Positions 27,149 to 43,611 of a stretch of DNA of 64,000 nucleotides are shown piece after piece. Origin of the DNA: Octopus vulgaris (taxonomy: Eukaryota); NCBI GenBank assembly GCA_951406725.2, contig OX597831.1, positions 41,230,001 through 41,294,000 of the forward strand. Direction: 5' to 3'. A program made the position numbers and the translations under genes. Each line of letters starts with the position of its first letter. Position 1 is the first letter of the stretch. A model generated the notes under the pieces. The model was not told where the DNA came from. It worked only from the letters and a program-made list of their open reading frames with translations, and did no database searches.

Positions 27149-28722
27149 GTACGAGTGAGGAGTAATATGTGTGTGTATATAGATATGAATGTTTCTATGT
27201 ATGTTTGTACGAGTGAGGAGTAATATGTGTGTGTATATAGATATGAATGTTTCTATGTATGTATGTACGAGTGAGGAGTAATATGTGTGTGTATATAGAT
27301 ATGAATGTTTCTATGTATGTATGTACGAGTGAGGAGTAATATGTGTGTGTATATAGATATGAATGTTTCTATGTATGTATGTACGAGTGAGGAGTAATAT
27401 GTGTGTGTATATAGATATGAATGTTTCTATGTATGTTTGTACGAGTGAGGAGTAATATGTGTGTGTATATAGATATGAATGTTTCTATGTATGTATGTAC
27501 GAGTGAGGAGTAATATGTGTGTGTATATAGATATGAATGTTTCTATGTATGTTTGTACGAGTGAGGAGTAATATGTGTGTGTATATAGATATGAATGTTT
27601 CTATGTATGTATGTACGAGTGAGGAGTAATATGTGTGTGTATATAGATATGAATGTTTCTATGTATGTTTGTACGAGTGAGGAGTAATATGTGTGTGTAT
27701 ATAGATATGAATGTTTCTATGTATGTTTGTACGAGTGAGGAGTAATATGTGTGTGTATATAGATATGAATGTTTCTATGTATGTATGTACGAGTGAGGAG
27801 TAATATGTGTGTGTATATAGATATGAATGTTTCTATGTATGTTTGTACGAGTGAGGAGTAATATGTGTGTGTATATAGATATGAATGTTTCTATGTATGT
27901 TTGTACGAGTGAGGAGTAATATGTGTGTGTATATAGATATGAATGTTTCTATGTATGTTTGTACGAGTGAGGAGTAATATGTGTGTGTATATAGATATGA
28001 ATGTTTCTATGTATGTTTGTACGAGTGAGGAGTAATATGTGTGTGTATATAGATATGAATGTTTCTATGTATGTATGTACGAGTGAGGAGTAATATGTGT
28101 GTGTATATAGATATGAATGTTTCTATGTATGTATGTACGAGTGAGGAGTAATATGTGTGTGTATATAGATATGAATGTTTCTATGTATGTTTGTACGAGT
28201 GAGGAGTAATATGTGTGTGTATATAGATATGAATGTTTCTATGTATGTTTGTACGAGTGAGGAGTAATATGTGTGTGTATATAGATATGAATGTTTCTAT
28301 GTATGTATGTACGAGTGAGGAGTAATATGTGTGTGTATATAGATATGAATGTTTCTATGTATGTTTGTACGAGTGAGGAGTAATATGTGTGTGTATATAG
28401 ATATGAATGTTTCTATGTATGTTTGTACGAGTGAGGAGTAATATGTGTGTGTATATAGATATGAATGTTTCTATGTATGTATGTACGAGTGAGGAGTAAT
28501 ATGTGTGTGTATATAGATATGAATGTTTCTATGTATGTTTGTACGAGTGAGGAGTAATATGTGTGTGTATATAGATATGAATGTTTCTATGTATGTTTGT
28601 ACGAGTGAGGAGTAATATGTGTGTGTATATAGATATGAATGTTTCTATGTATGTATGTACGAGTGAGGAGTAATATGTGTGTGTATATATATATATGAAT
28701 GTTTCTATGTATGTATGTACGT
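27149..28722. repeat. 58-bp minisatellite, ~27 units
   Basis: Unit gtacgagtgaggagtaatatgtgtgtgtatatagatatgaatgtttctatgtatgt(t/a)t, with starts at 27149, 27207, 27265 and so on. Confidence 0.95.
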
Positions 28723-28917
28723 ATGTATGATGCATATATGTGTATGTGCATGTGTTTCTGTGTTTCTCTGAATGTGTATGTGTGAGTGAGAGAGAGGGGG
28801 GGGAGTTTCAGTGAGTATGAAAACTGTGTACGTTTGCGTGAAATGTATGATGGAATGGTTTCCAAGCGTTTCTATGCCAACAGCTAGATGCTATATGTGA
28901 GCACGCACGTGTTTATG

Positions 28918-28965
<48 letters not shown>

Positions 28966-28969
28966 ACAC

Positions 28970-29054
<85 letters not shown>

Positions 29055-29055
29055 C

Positions 29056-29087
<32 letters not shown>

Positions 29088-29094
29088 TATATTA

Positions 29095-29320
29095 TGCTCT
29101 TTACTCTCTTTTACTCTTTTACTTGTTTCAGTCATTTGACTGTGGCCATGCTGGAGCACCGGCTTTTTTTTTTAGTCGAACAAATCGACCCCAGGACTTA
29201 TTCTTTGTAAGCCTAGTACTTATTTTATCGGTCTCTTTTGCCGAACCGCTGAATTACGGGAACGTAAACACACCAGCATCGGGACAAACACAGATACACA
29301 GGGGACGAACACAGATGCAG

Positions 29321-29391
<71 letters not shown>

Positions 29392-29988
29392 CATATATAC
29401 GACGGGCTTCTTTCAGTTTCCGTCTACCAAATCCACTCACAAGGCTTTGGTCGGCCCGAGGCTATAGCAGAAGACACTTGCCCAAGGTGCCACGCAGTGG
29501 AACTGAACCCGGAACCATGTGGTTGGTAAGCAAGCTACTTATCACACAGCCATTATTTATATTATATTATATTATATTATATTATATTATATTATATATA
29601 TACATTTTTCTTTTTCCTGTTTCAGTCATTTGACTGCGACCATGCTGGAGCACCGCCTTTAGTCGAGCAAATCGACCCCAGGATTTATTCTTTTTAAGCC
29701 TAGTACTTATTCTATCGGTCTTTTTGCCGAACCGTTAAGTGACGGGGACGTAACCACACCAATATCGGTTGTCAGCGATGGTGTTGGGAAGTGGGGCAAA
29801 CACTGACACCAAAAACAAACACACACATACATATACATATACGACGGGCTTCTTTCAGTTTCCGTCTACCAAATCCACTCACAAGGCTTTGGTCGGCCAA
29901 AGGCTATAGTATGAAACACTTGCTCAAGGTGCCACGCAGTGGGACTGAACCCAGAACCGTGTGGGTGGGAAGTATGCTTCTTACCACA
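29095..29988 (-). mobile_element. Two SINE family B copies (29095-29551, 29608-29988)
   Basis: Reverse complement of the family B consensus. Confidence 0.85.
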
Positions 29989-30057
29989 TTTGTATGGAAA
30001 ACAAATGTATATGAGAGGTATCGTGCGTGTATTTGTGTATGTGTTGCATGGAAATTT

Positions 30058-30648
30058 GTACGAGTGAGGAGTAATATGTGTGTGTATATATATAAATGAA
30101 TGTTTCTATGTATGTATGTACGAGTGAGGAGTAATATGTGTGTGTATATAGATATGAATGTTTCTATGTATGTTTGTACGAGTGAGGAGTAATATGTGTG
30201 TGTATATATATATGAATGTTTCTATGTATGTTTGTACGAGTGAGGAGTAATATGTGTGTGTATATAGATATGAATGTTTCTATGTATGTTTGTACGAGTG
30301 AGGAGTAATATGTGTGTGTATATAGATATGAATGTTTCTATGTATGTTTGTACGAGTGAGGAGTAATATGTGTGTGTATATAGATATGAATGTTTCTATG
30401 TATGTTTGTACGAGTGAGGAGTAATATGTGTGTGTATATATATATATGAATGTTTCTATGTATGTATGTACGAGTGAGGAGTAATATGTGTGTGTATATA
30501 TATATGAATGTTTCTATGTATGTTTGTACGAGTGAGGAGTAATATGTGTGTGTATATAGATATGAATGTTTCTATGTATGTTTGTACGAGTGAGGAGTAA
30601 TATGTGTGTGTATATATATATATGAATGTTTCTATGTATGTTTGTACG
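30058..30648. repeat. 58-bp minisatellite, ~10 units (duplicate array)
   Basis: Same unit as 27149-28722. Confidence 0.95.
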
Positions 30649-30892
30649 TATGTATGATGCATATATGTGTATGTGCATGTGTTTCTGTGTTTCTCTGAAT
30701 GTGTATGTGTGAGTGAGAGAGAGAGGGGGAGTTTCAGTGAGTATGAAAACTGTGTACGTTTGCGTGAAATGTATGATGGAATGGTTTCCAAGCGTTTCTA
30801 TGCCAACAGCTAGATGCTATATGTGAGCACGCACGTGTTTATGCATACACACACACACACACACACACACTCACACACACACACACTCACAC

Positions 30893-30938
<46 letters not shown>

Positions 30939-30986
30939 GTTTAAATATTTGTTGGCTAAACTGGCAATATGACCATTCCGAAATAT

Positions 30987-31053
<67 letters not shown>

Positions 31054-31056
31054 AAC

Positions 31057-31088
<32 letters not shown>

Positions 31089-31096
31089 TATATTAT

Positions 31097-31320
31097 GCTC
31101 TTTACTCTCTTTTACTCTTTTACTTGTTTCAGTCATTTGACTGTGGCCATGCTGAAGCACCGGCTTTTTTTTTAGTCGAGCAAATCGACCCCAGGACTTA
31201 TTCTTTGTAAGCCTAGTACTTATTTTATCGGTCTCTTTTGCCGAACCGCTGAATTACGGGAACGTAAACACACCAGCATCGGGACAAACACAGATACACA
31301 GGGGACGAACACAGATGCAG

Positions 31321-31381
<61 letters not shown>

Positions 31382-31972
31382 CATATATACGACGGGCTTC
31401 TTTCAGTTTCCGTCTACCAAATCCACTCACAAGGCTTTGGTCGGCCCGAGGCTATAGCAGAAGACACTTGCCCAAGGTGCCACGCAGTGGAACTGAACCA
31501 GGAACCATGTGGTTGGTAAGCAAGCTACTTATCACACAGCCATTATTTATATTATATTATATTATATTATATTATATTATATATATACATTTTTCTTTTT
31601 CCTGTTTCAGTCATTTGACTGCGACCATGCTGGAGCACCGCCTTTAGTCGAGCAAATCGACCCCAGGATTTATTCTTTATAAGCCTAGTACTTATTCTAT
31701 CGGTCTTTTTGCCGAACCGTTAAGTGACGGGGACGTAGCCACACCAATATCGGTTGTCAGCGATGGTGTTGGGAAGTGGGGCAAACACTGACACCAAAAA
31801 CAAACACACACATACATATACATATACGACGGGCTCCTTTCAGTTTCCGTCTACCAAATCCACTCACAAGGCTTTGGTCAGCCAAAGGCTATAGTATAAA
31901 ACACTTGCCCAAGGTGCCACGCAGTGGGACTGAACCCAGAACCGTGTGGGTGGGAAGTATGCTTCTTACCAC
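31097..31972 (-). mobile_element. Two SINE family B copies (duplicates of 29095-29988)
   Basis: Near identity to 29095-29988. Confidence 0.85.
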
Positions 31973-32084
31973 ACATTCACTCACACATCTACAGAATATG
32001 TATACCTGCGTTTTTGTGTATCTATATATATATATTTATGTATATAGATACATACATACACATACACAAACACAAACACACACA

Positions 32085-32153
<69 letters not shown>

Positions 32154-32655
32154 GTATACATTATATGTGTGTCTGTGTTTATGAATACAAGCATGACTTT
32201 GGTTATATATATACGTGTACACGCGTATGGTGTAGGTACGCTAATATGAAATGGTTATTGGATATTAACACGCTTCAATAATGCATGTCTAATGTGAAGT
32301 ATCGATATTTTAAGGTCTCGCAATGAAATGCCAACGCCATCAACACTCGGCCCCCTCCTCCTCCACCAAAAGCACACATCTCTGTTATCTCATAAAATGT
32401 TTAAGATTTATTGGCAAGTAATGTTCATTGGCTGTAGCGTCATCTATGACAGATCCCAAGCGCAGTCAGTGAACCTTACCGTATAAGATGGTAGCGAAGT
32501 CACTTTTGTTAATTGGGAATTCTGTGCCTTATGGGTTCATGAGTTCTGGGTCCTTGTTTTTGTTAGTCTTTATCAATTTTTGCCGTTCTTTTTTTTTCAG
32601 TATGGTAATTAACGTATACTTACAAACATTAATCCATATACGCATGTGAATATAT

Positions 32656-32728
<73 letters not shown>

Positions 32729-33283
32729 TTGAGTTGTGGGGTATCGCACGAGTGGGATTATATATGAAAAATGGTTTGAAAATGCAATTTAAACGATGTT
32801 TATTTACTTAACCGGTTTCACTCTTTGGTAAAAGATTGTCAAAAGTAACATTGAATATTATGGGTTCAAAAAAGTTTTTTACATAATTGTCACATTGAAT
32901 ATTATGAATTCAAAAATGTTTTTTTATACATAATTGTCACATTACATGTATAAATATAGTATAAAAAAGTTCAATAGTGTGATGAGAATATTTGGAAAAA
33001 TTGGCAGAAAAGAATAAAACAAATATATTATTGGAAATTTGGTTGCGTTAATTATTGGTTGTCGCAAATTGTCACATTACACACACATATATACACACAC
33101 ACACACACAACAACAATACACACACACACATAGTATACACACACACACCACATACACACAACACACACACACACAGAACACACACACACACAACGCACCC
33201 ACATATATAATATATACACACAGCACACAAATATAACATGTATTTATATATAATATACACACATATATAACACATACACACAC

Positions 33284-33320
<37 letters not shown>

Positions 33321-34115
33321 CACACGCACACATATATACATAATATAAATATCACACAAATACACCTAGCATATATATACACATACAATACACATACACA
33401 GCATGTATATAATACACATACACAATATATGCATGCAATATACATACGCAATACATACATATAATATATATATATATAGACAATGCATATACATATATAC
33501 ATATATACATATAAATAGTGTTTACATACACATACATAGATATACCACATATACACACAATTTACATACATACAATGCATACACATACACGTACGCATAC
33601 ATATAAAATATATAGACACACACACACATAACATACATACACAATGCATACATATATATACACGCAACGTATATACATGTATTCATGTATATATAGCACA
33701 CTTACAATATACATATATACAATGCACACATACACACATATATACACTTAATTGTACACATACATATACAATACACATACATACAATATACATATACACA
33801 ATGCGCATGCAAATAATGCACATGTTTATACACCCATATACATGAAAATATATATACACACACACACATACACACACACATATATATATATACACATATA
33901 TATATATATATACACATATACATACATACATACATGCACATACATATATTTTTTCACACACATACACACACATATATATATAAAATTCACACACACACCC
34001 ACACACACAAAATACAAACCTATAGTGTACACACTCAAATATATCTCTACATACCGCACACACACACAAACAATGTACTCACATATACACACATACCATG
34101 CATATACACACACAG

Positions 34116-34147
<32 letters not shown>

Positions 34148-34568
34148 AACAAATACACATGTAAATACATACACTCGTACACAATGCTCACACACACACA
34201 CATACACACACACACGCACACAGTGCACACACACACACATATATACACACGTGCACACACACACACACAACGCGCGCACACACACACACATACACACACG
34301 CACACAGTGCACACACACACACACATATAAACACACGCGCACACACACACACACAACGTGCACACTCACACACACACACACAACACTCACACACATACAT
34401 AACCTACATATATATAATGCATGCGTGTGCGTGCCACGTATGTGTGCGGTCAATGTCCGCTAGTGTGTCCTATGCGTGCCGATGCGCGCATGTGCCCACC
34501 CGCACGATATGCTGTGAGTGTGCGCGTGCCCCTGTGTGCCTGCTCTGGATGTGTGCCCAGGGGGTATG

Positions 34569-34888
34569 TTAGAGTATGTTTAGTTGTGGTCTGTATTTTT
34601 GAATAAGATTACTTTCCTTATTTATTCGTGTTTGGTCTGTGGTGTTGTCCGAGCATTGGTATAGTGGGAAGACTAAGAATTTGGGGGACTTATTGTGTGC
34701 ACAAAGGTCTAAGTGTCCACTTAGTGGTATCTGTCTTGTGGAGGGGTCCCTCAGTTGTTGTCGGTGAACTGTCATTCTTTCTCTGAGGGTAAGGCTCGTT
34801 TGCCCTATGTAGTCTTCGTGGCATCCTTCACACCTTATGACGTAGAGTAAATTTTTTGATGCGCACGTGAAATTATTTTTTATGATGA

Positions 34889-34890
<2 letters not shown>
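34569..34890 (-). pseudogene. Penelope-like GIY-YIG endonuclease domain (C-terminal remnant)
   Basis: Open frame FIIKNNFTCASKNLLYVIRCEGCHEDYIGQTSLTLRERMTVHRQQLRDPSTRQIPLSGHLDLC...RINKESNLIQKYRPQLNIL*. LLY/YIG, CxxC and the R, H, E and N residues are typical of PLE endonucleases. Confidence 0.88.
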
Positions 34891-34921
<31 letters not shown>

Positions 34922-35356
34922 GTGTGTGTATGTGTTATATATGTGTGTATATTATATATAAATACATGTTATATTTGTGTGCTGTGTGTATATATTATAT
35001 ATGTGGGTGCGTTGTGTGTGTGTGTGTTCTGTGTGTGTGTGTGTTGTGTGTATGTGGTGTGTGTGTGTATACTATGTGTGTGTGTGTATTGTTGTTGTGT
35101 GTGTGTGTGTGTATATATGTGTGTGTAATGTGACAATTTGCGACAACCAATAATTAACGCAACCAAATTTCCAATAATATATTTGTTTTATTCTTTTCTG
35201 CCAATTTTTCCAAATATTCTCATCACACTATTGAACTTTTTTATACTATATTTATACATGTAATGTGACAATTATGTATAAAAAAACATTTTTGAATTCA
35301 TAATATTCAATGTGACAATTATGTAAAAAACTTTTTTGAACCCATAATATTCAATG

Positions 35357-35401
35357 TTACTTTTGACAATCTTTTACCAAAGAGTGAAACCGGTTAAGTA
35401 A
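35357..35401 (+). ncRNA. Type I hammerhead motif with U3-A8 core (mirror copy at 32804-32848, minus strand)
   Basis: ttactt-TTGACAA-tctttt(acca)aagagt-GAAA-ccgg-TT-aagtaa. Stem I is a perfect 6 bp and stem III is the palindrome ACCGGT. Confidence 0.65.
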
Positions 35402-35413
35402 ATAAACATCGTT

Positions 35414-35519
<106 letters not shown>

Positions 35520-35520
35520 C

Positions 35521-35584
<64 letters not shown>

Positions 35585-35619
35585 AAATACACACATATAT
35601 ATATAAACATATAAAATAC

Positions 35620-35652
<33 letters not shown>

Positions 35653-35655
35653 TAA

Positions 35656-35698
<43 letters not shown>

Positions 35699-35743
35699 CA
35701 TACATACATAGATAGATACATAGATAGATACATAGATAGATAC

Positions 35744-35811
<68 letters not shown>

Positions 35812-36092
35812 AATACATTTGTATATAAACATAACAATATTATATATGTATATATACGTGCACACACATATAAGTGTATATATGCATATATGTAAGTGTA
35901 TATGTATGTATATACATACATTCATACATACGTGACGAGAAAAGTGTGTATTTTCCACGCAGGAAGTAGTATATGAGAAATTGTTTTGGTGTTTGAAAAT
36001 GCTCCTGAATCTCAAAACGAGTTGTCGTTTTTATATTTTGCCAGATTTATTCAACTACCAAACCGGTTTCCACATTTTTTGTTTTTGTTTAT

Positions 36093-36489
36093 CAGGAGTG
36101 GCTGTGTGGTAAGTAGCTTGCTAACCAACCACATGGTTGCGGGTTCAGTCCCACTGCGTGGCATCTTGGGCAAGTATCTTCTGCTATAGCCCCGGGCCGA
36201 CCAATGCCTTGTGAGTGGATTTGGTAGACGGAAACTGAAAGAAGCCTGTCGTATATATGTATATATATGTATATGTGTGTGTGTGTTTGTGTGTCTGTGT
36301 TTGTCCCCCTAGCATTGCTTGACAACCGATGCTGGTGTGTTTACGTCCGCGTCACTTAGCGGTTCGGCAAAAGAGACTGATAGAATAAGTACTGGGCTTA
36401 CAAAGAATAAGTCCCGGGGTCGATTTGCTCGACTAAAGGCGGTGCTCCAGCATGGCCGCAGTCAAATGACTGAAACAATTAAAAGAGTA
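36093..36489 (+). mobile_element. SINE family B, near full length
   Basis: Near identity to 5319-5727; followed by (GAAA)n. Confidence 0.9.
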
Positions 36490-36497
36490 ATGATAAA

Positions 36498-36585
<88 letters not shown>

Positions 36586-36929
36586 GAGAAAGAAAGAAGA
36601 AAAAGAGTTTAGGAGAGTTTAAAATTACTAGGGAGAATTCGAAAAATGTTTAGACGATTAAATTTTCATGGAAATTCCAATGAATTTTACAAAATAGACA
36701 GTAATCTTAGTTTAAATGTTCGATGAAATTTATAACAGACAATACATGATTGAAAGTTCGGTAAAATTGAGTTATATTAACAAGTAGTTACGATGAGGTT
36801 TTTAGAAAAAAACAGAGTAAGAGAAAAAAAATGCAGAGAAAGAAAAGAAGTATTTTTACAATTTCTGTCGTAATGCAAGAAAGAGGCTCTTCGTCGTTAT
36901 TCGCTGGTTTTGCTGGTGAGAGTTATAAG

Positions 36930-36994
<65 letters not shown>

Positions 36995-37389
36995 ACGGTA
37001 AAAGATCATGTTCTGATTGGTTATAAATTTAATGACGTCATTTGTTATTCTCTGATTCCAGGGATGTTTTAGTCATTTTTTTTTTTTTTTTGGCAAAGTC
37101 CAGCGTCCTAACTGGTTGACTTGCTGGTGGCAGCATTTGTTGTCGAACGTTTTGATTCCTTATTGACCAGTAGAGGGCTCTGGTTGGTTGATTTTCTTCT
37201 TACGTCGTTTTGTTGTTGTCAAAGGGCTTGGTAACCTGTTTTTTTTTTTTCGATGGCTATCCAGCGTTCCGGTTGGTTGACTCCCTTAATGTGTCCGAAT
37301 GTGACTGCTTCGGTCAGCTCGATGTTTATTGATTTTTTTTCTGAGGATCCAGTTTTGAACAGAAAACAATCTCATAAGCAACTAGAACA

Positions 37390-37985
37390 AAAATCCAAAA
37401 TACCAGATTTTCCCTCTCTGTCAATGCACTTCAACCCAATTTCGATTAAATAAGGGAAATATGTTTATCAAAAAATATCAACCTCAACTAAGTATGCTAT
37501 AATAACACGACAAAATGAGAAAACCCAATTTATTCACGGAAAATGACCAGAGACAACAAATTTAAATCAAAAGTTTAAGTAACAGGCTTCCTCAGAGATT
37601 CGAGACCCCAACTCCAAACTCCTGTACAATAAAACCTTACACCTTCTCAAACACCGGTTGCTGACTTTACCTAACAATTCATTATTTATTTATTCGATCA
37701 TGGAACTACGTAACGTGTACACATTTCATTCTGATCCTGCCTTCATTTATCGACAAACTGGAAAGTACTAATATCCTGGATTGGAGATATTTACTTCATT
37801 TTTCTGACTTCTCTCTCTCTGATGTCGGAGTACTTAGCTTATGGAATCTTTACTCAATATCATAGTCCATATGCTTGGCTTTTCTAGAAACAGCTATAAG
37901 AGACTTTATATGTTTATATACTCTAAATCAACTGTTTTCTCGAGCAATGTCAAATGTTTTGCTGTTTCATTTTCTATTTTAATCT
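37390..37985 (+). mobile_element. 3' end of a second Penelope-like element (endonuclease C-terminus, 3' UTR and HHR)
   Basis: FPLCQCTSTQFRLNKGNMFIKKYQPQLSML* (about 37410-37502) aligns with FPLYQC...RINKESNLIQKYRPQLNIL*. A degenerate HHR tctct-CTGATGT...GAAA-cagcta-TA-agaga lies at 37814-37903. Confidence 0.65.
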
Positions 37986-38394
37986 ATATACACATATACA
38001 TGTAGGTAGAAACTTTAATATACTTACATACATAACAATATATATACATACACTTACACAAACATGCATACATACAGACATACGTAGATTCATACATACA
38101 TACAAACATGATGGCTGCACCCTCACTATCGAGTATGGCCTTTGCACGAAGCTCAACTGTTATTGGTGCTGTGATCGAATGTGACTTTTATTTGCTTTTT
38201 AAGGCTACAGCCAGCCATTCAGTTGAGAGTCACAGCTGCATCAACAATCATGAACAATGTTATCGTGCAATGCCAGTGCAAGAAGATTTTTTTAAAGTGA
38301 GGAAAGTCTGTGCATTGAATCAATCCCACTCACTAAGCAACAGCAGCCATAATCCGAAAAGAAGAACAAGTCGACATCATCGGTAACCACTGAG

Positions 38395-38780
38395 CCGCAG
38401 GTTTTATGTCGGACTTATCCCAGTTACCTGAGTTACCTTCTCTTAGAAGGATGCCCTAACAAAGGCTAGGAGTCCTTCACTCCCAATGGTTTAACCGCGC
38501 GATCGGGCATTCAGTCCGTTTATTTCTATGTCCCCGCGCATGATACAGCCTTAAGCCATAAGAAAGAAAAAAATTACACTTTTATTTGATGGCCGTTCAC
38601 TCTCAAGAGTTCCTCCACCCTTTGATAGGTTTTGTTTTTCAGCCGGCAGGGTGTCCAATAAACACCCTCCTCACCAAGCAAGCTTGGCGGTGTTGCCGGT
38701 TTAGTCACCGACGGCCCGACTATGCAACAGGTTGTACTAGGTTACATGTTACCAATAGCACTCGAAAGTGACCTGACACA
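38395..38780 (-). mobile_element. Possible RTE-like LINE 5' UTR remnants
   Basis: Minus strand ...gggcatccttctaagagaaggtaactc... resembles recalled RTE 5' UTR sequence. No ORF support. Confidence 0.25.
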
Positions 38781-38807
38781 ATATATATATATATGCATAC
38801 ATATACA

Positions 38808-38858
<51 letters not shown>

Positions 38859-38864
<6 letters not shown>

Positions 38865-39356
38865 AGATAGGGGTTGTAAATTCAACCCTCCATGGGATAA
38901 CATATATCCAATATACTGCTAGAGAAGTACCCAACAAAGCTAATACATAAATGTTAAAAACTGCGATGCAATTAATTCATCTACTGTATTATGTGGGCAA
39001 AGGTAAAATTATTTTTACCGTAAATTAATAATACAAAATGAGAAAATGGAGAAATATATCTAAATCAATCATCAACCATCTGATAATACCCAATCAATAC
39101 TTTATTAAACCATTACACAATAGCAATGATATTATACATTAATATAGTACAAATATAACAAGACATAGAAATAGAAATAGAAATACATTTAGTCAGCTAC
39201 AATGTAAATGTATTTCTATTTCTATTTCTATGTCTTGTTATATTTGTACTATATTAATGTATAATATCATTGCTATTGTGTAATGGTTTAATAAAGTATT
39301 GATTGGGTATTATCAGATGGTTGATGATTGATTTAGATATATTTCTCCATTTTCTC

Positions 39357-39360
<4 letters not shown>
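38859..39360. mobile_element. Fold-back insert in (TA)n, same family as 41528-43263
   Basis: Arms 39036-39191 and 39205-39360. The tail 38859-39035 is the diverged reverse complement of 43090-43260. Confidence 0.8.
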
Positions 39361-39454
<94 letters not shown>

Positions 39455-39603
39455 TATATGTTGTTACGCCGCCACTCAGGATTCTAGCCTTTCCAATTCC
39501 ACCACGGGCCCTAAGTCGCGACGACGACGCTCAGTAAACCGGAAATCCACCACGGGAAGGGGATGCATATATACATATGTATATGTACATACTTACATCT
39601 ATA

Positions 39604-39649
<46 letters not shown>

Positions 39650-39701
39650 TATGTAGGCACAGGACCTCACGAAACATGTGCATATATATATATATATATA
39701 A

Positions 39702-40005
39702 CCTTGAAATCAAAATCGATGACTGGCATCCGTGCTAGTGGAGCGCTAAGAGTACCATATGAGCGTGATCGTTGGCAGAGCAACAAGCTGGCCTCTGTGC
39801 CGGTGGCACATAAAAAACACTATTCGGCGTGATCATTACCTGCGTTCCCTTACTAGCAAAACATTCGAGCGAGGTCAATGCCAGTGCCGCTGGACTGGCT
39901 CCTCAGCAGGTGGCACATAAAAAGCACCATTCGAGCGCGGCCGCCGCCAGCACCACCCGACTGGCCCTCGTGCTGGTGGCACGTGAACCCACCCACGGGC
40001 ATCCA
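39702..40005. repeat. Interspersed repeat with internal ggtggcac(a/g)t(a/g)aa subrepeats
   Basis: Three recurrences of the motif in a GC-richer island. Confidence 0.5.
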
Positions 40006-40149
40006 TACAAACATACATACATACATACATACAAACAAGCATACATACAAACAAAAAAACAAACAAACAAACAAACAAACATACAAACATACATACATAC
40101 ATACATACATACATACATACATACATACATACATACATACAAACATACA

Positions 40150-40695
40150 TATAAATAAAACAGATAGATTGTGGTTCACTACAGCTGTTTCATATGTGTT
40201 TTATTGATGAACAAACGTGTTACATCAGGCATATATGTGAGTGTGTGCATATGTGTGTGTGCATATATGTGTGTGTGTATGTGTATGCGCTTCAGACAGC
40301 GCGATGCGTGGGTTCTGAAGCTGATAATATTGATAAGGGTTGTCCAATCATTTTCAATCTAGCAATCGATCGATTAAGTAAACTGAGCAACACCTAAAAT
40401 ACATATAAGAAACAGCTGTAAGTGCCACAATGCATTATTAAATAAACATATGAGACCCATTTTTTGTGCCTTTCCTTACACACACACACATACATACACA
40501 CACACACACACTCACACACACACACACATGCACATATATGCACACACTCACATATATGCATGATGTAACACTTTTGTTCATCAATAAAACACCTATGAAA
40601 GAGCTGTGGTATGTATGTATGTATGTATGTATGTATGTATGTATGTATGTATGTATGTATGTATGTATGTGTGTATGTAAGGAAAGGCATAAAAA
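40150..40695. mobile_element. Nested inverted fragments in (CATA)n with a hammerhead-like motif
   Basis: 40180-40258 is inverted at 40530-40609. Minus strand 40230->40177 reads gc-CTGATGT...GAAA-cagctg-TA-gtg, and a second GAAACAGCTGTA lies at 40409. Confidence 0.5.
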
Positions 40696-41044
40696 TACGT
40701 ACATACATACATACATATATACATACATACATACATACATATATACATACATACATACATACATACATACATACATACATACATACATACATACATACAC
40801 GCACATCTCAATTGTGACAGAACTTCTACATCGAAACATGCAAAAGTATATGTATTACATGATATATCTAAAATAGTTATCAAGACCGTTCTTCAAGATG
40901 TCTAACATCTGATGAATTCCTTCCGGAGAACTCGTAAGTACATTGAATACTAGTTTCTTTCATGTTTGTTTGTTTTTTTTTTTGGGGGGGGGTTGATTAC
41001 TTACAATTTAGTTCTCTTTGGTTTCAGTATAAACAAAATACACG

Positions 41045-41111
<67 letters not shown>

Positions 41112-41234
41112 AAATAGACATACATAGTTATGTGCATGCATATATAACTATACATATGTATGCACGTATATATACATATGTATGCACGTATATATACATA
41201 TATATATATATATGTATGTATATATATATATATG

Positions 41235-41278
<44 letters not shown>

Positions 41279-41492
41279 CGTAGACCTATACGATATACAC
41301 GTATGTACAATGTATATATTCTTATATATGTGTGTGAGCGCGAGTGTAAATATATGTAAGTTTATATGTATACGTGTGTGTATATACACATCCGTAACAT
41401 GCATACATATGTATATTTATCTATATATTATATATGTGCAATGTATGTATGCATGTACATATAGATATATGCATACACCCGCATACATACAT

Positions 41493-43380
<1,888 letters not shown>

Positions 43381-43401
43381 GTATATATATTTATATATTT
43401 A

Positions 43402-43432
<31 letters not shown>

Positions 43433-43459
43433 ATGTAGGTATATATATATTCATATATG

Positions 43460-43504
<45 letters not shown>

Positions 43505-43505
43505 A

Positions 43506-43593
<88 letters not shown>

Positions 43594-43611
43594 TATATGT
43601 ATATATATATA

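Larger units (their letters stand above)
27082..31972. repeat. Local tandem segmental duplication (27082-29989 and 29991-31972)
   Basis: Both copies start tgtatggaaaacaaatgtatatgagagg and contain the 58-bp array, the same unique spacer and the same two SINEs. Confidence 0.9.

Noticed and set aside
27149-28722. CRISPR-like regular array
   Set aside because: The units are contiguous near-identical 58-mers with no unique spacers, there are no cas genes, and the context is eukaryotic. It is a minisatellite.
37010-37045. CCAAT/TATA/CRE-like cluster (gattggttataaa...tgacgtca)
   Set aside because: Short motifs with no associated gene, lying among repeat remnants.
38660-38775. HDV-like ribozyme at a putative RTE 5' end
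   Set aside because: A P1-like pairing exists, but the P3/L3, P1.1 and J4/2 elements could not be found.
40905-40942. CTGATGA-containing hammerhead candidate
   Set aside because: GAAA is incomplete and stem I does not pair convincingly. The same applies to the CTGAAGA motif near 24975-25006 (minus).
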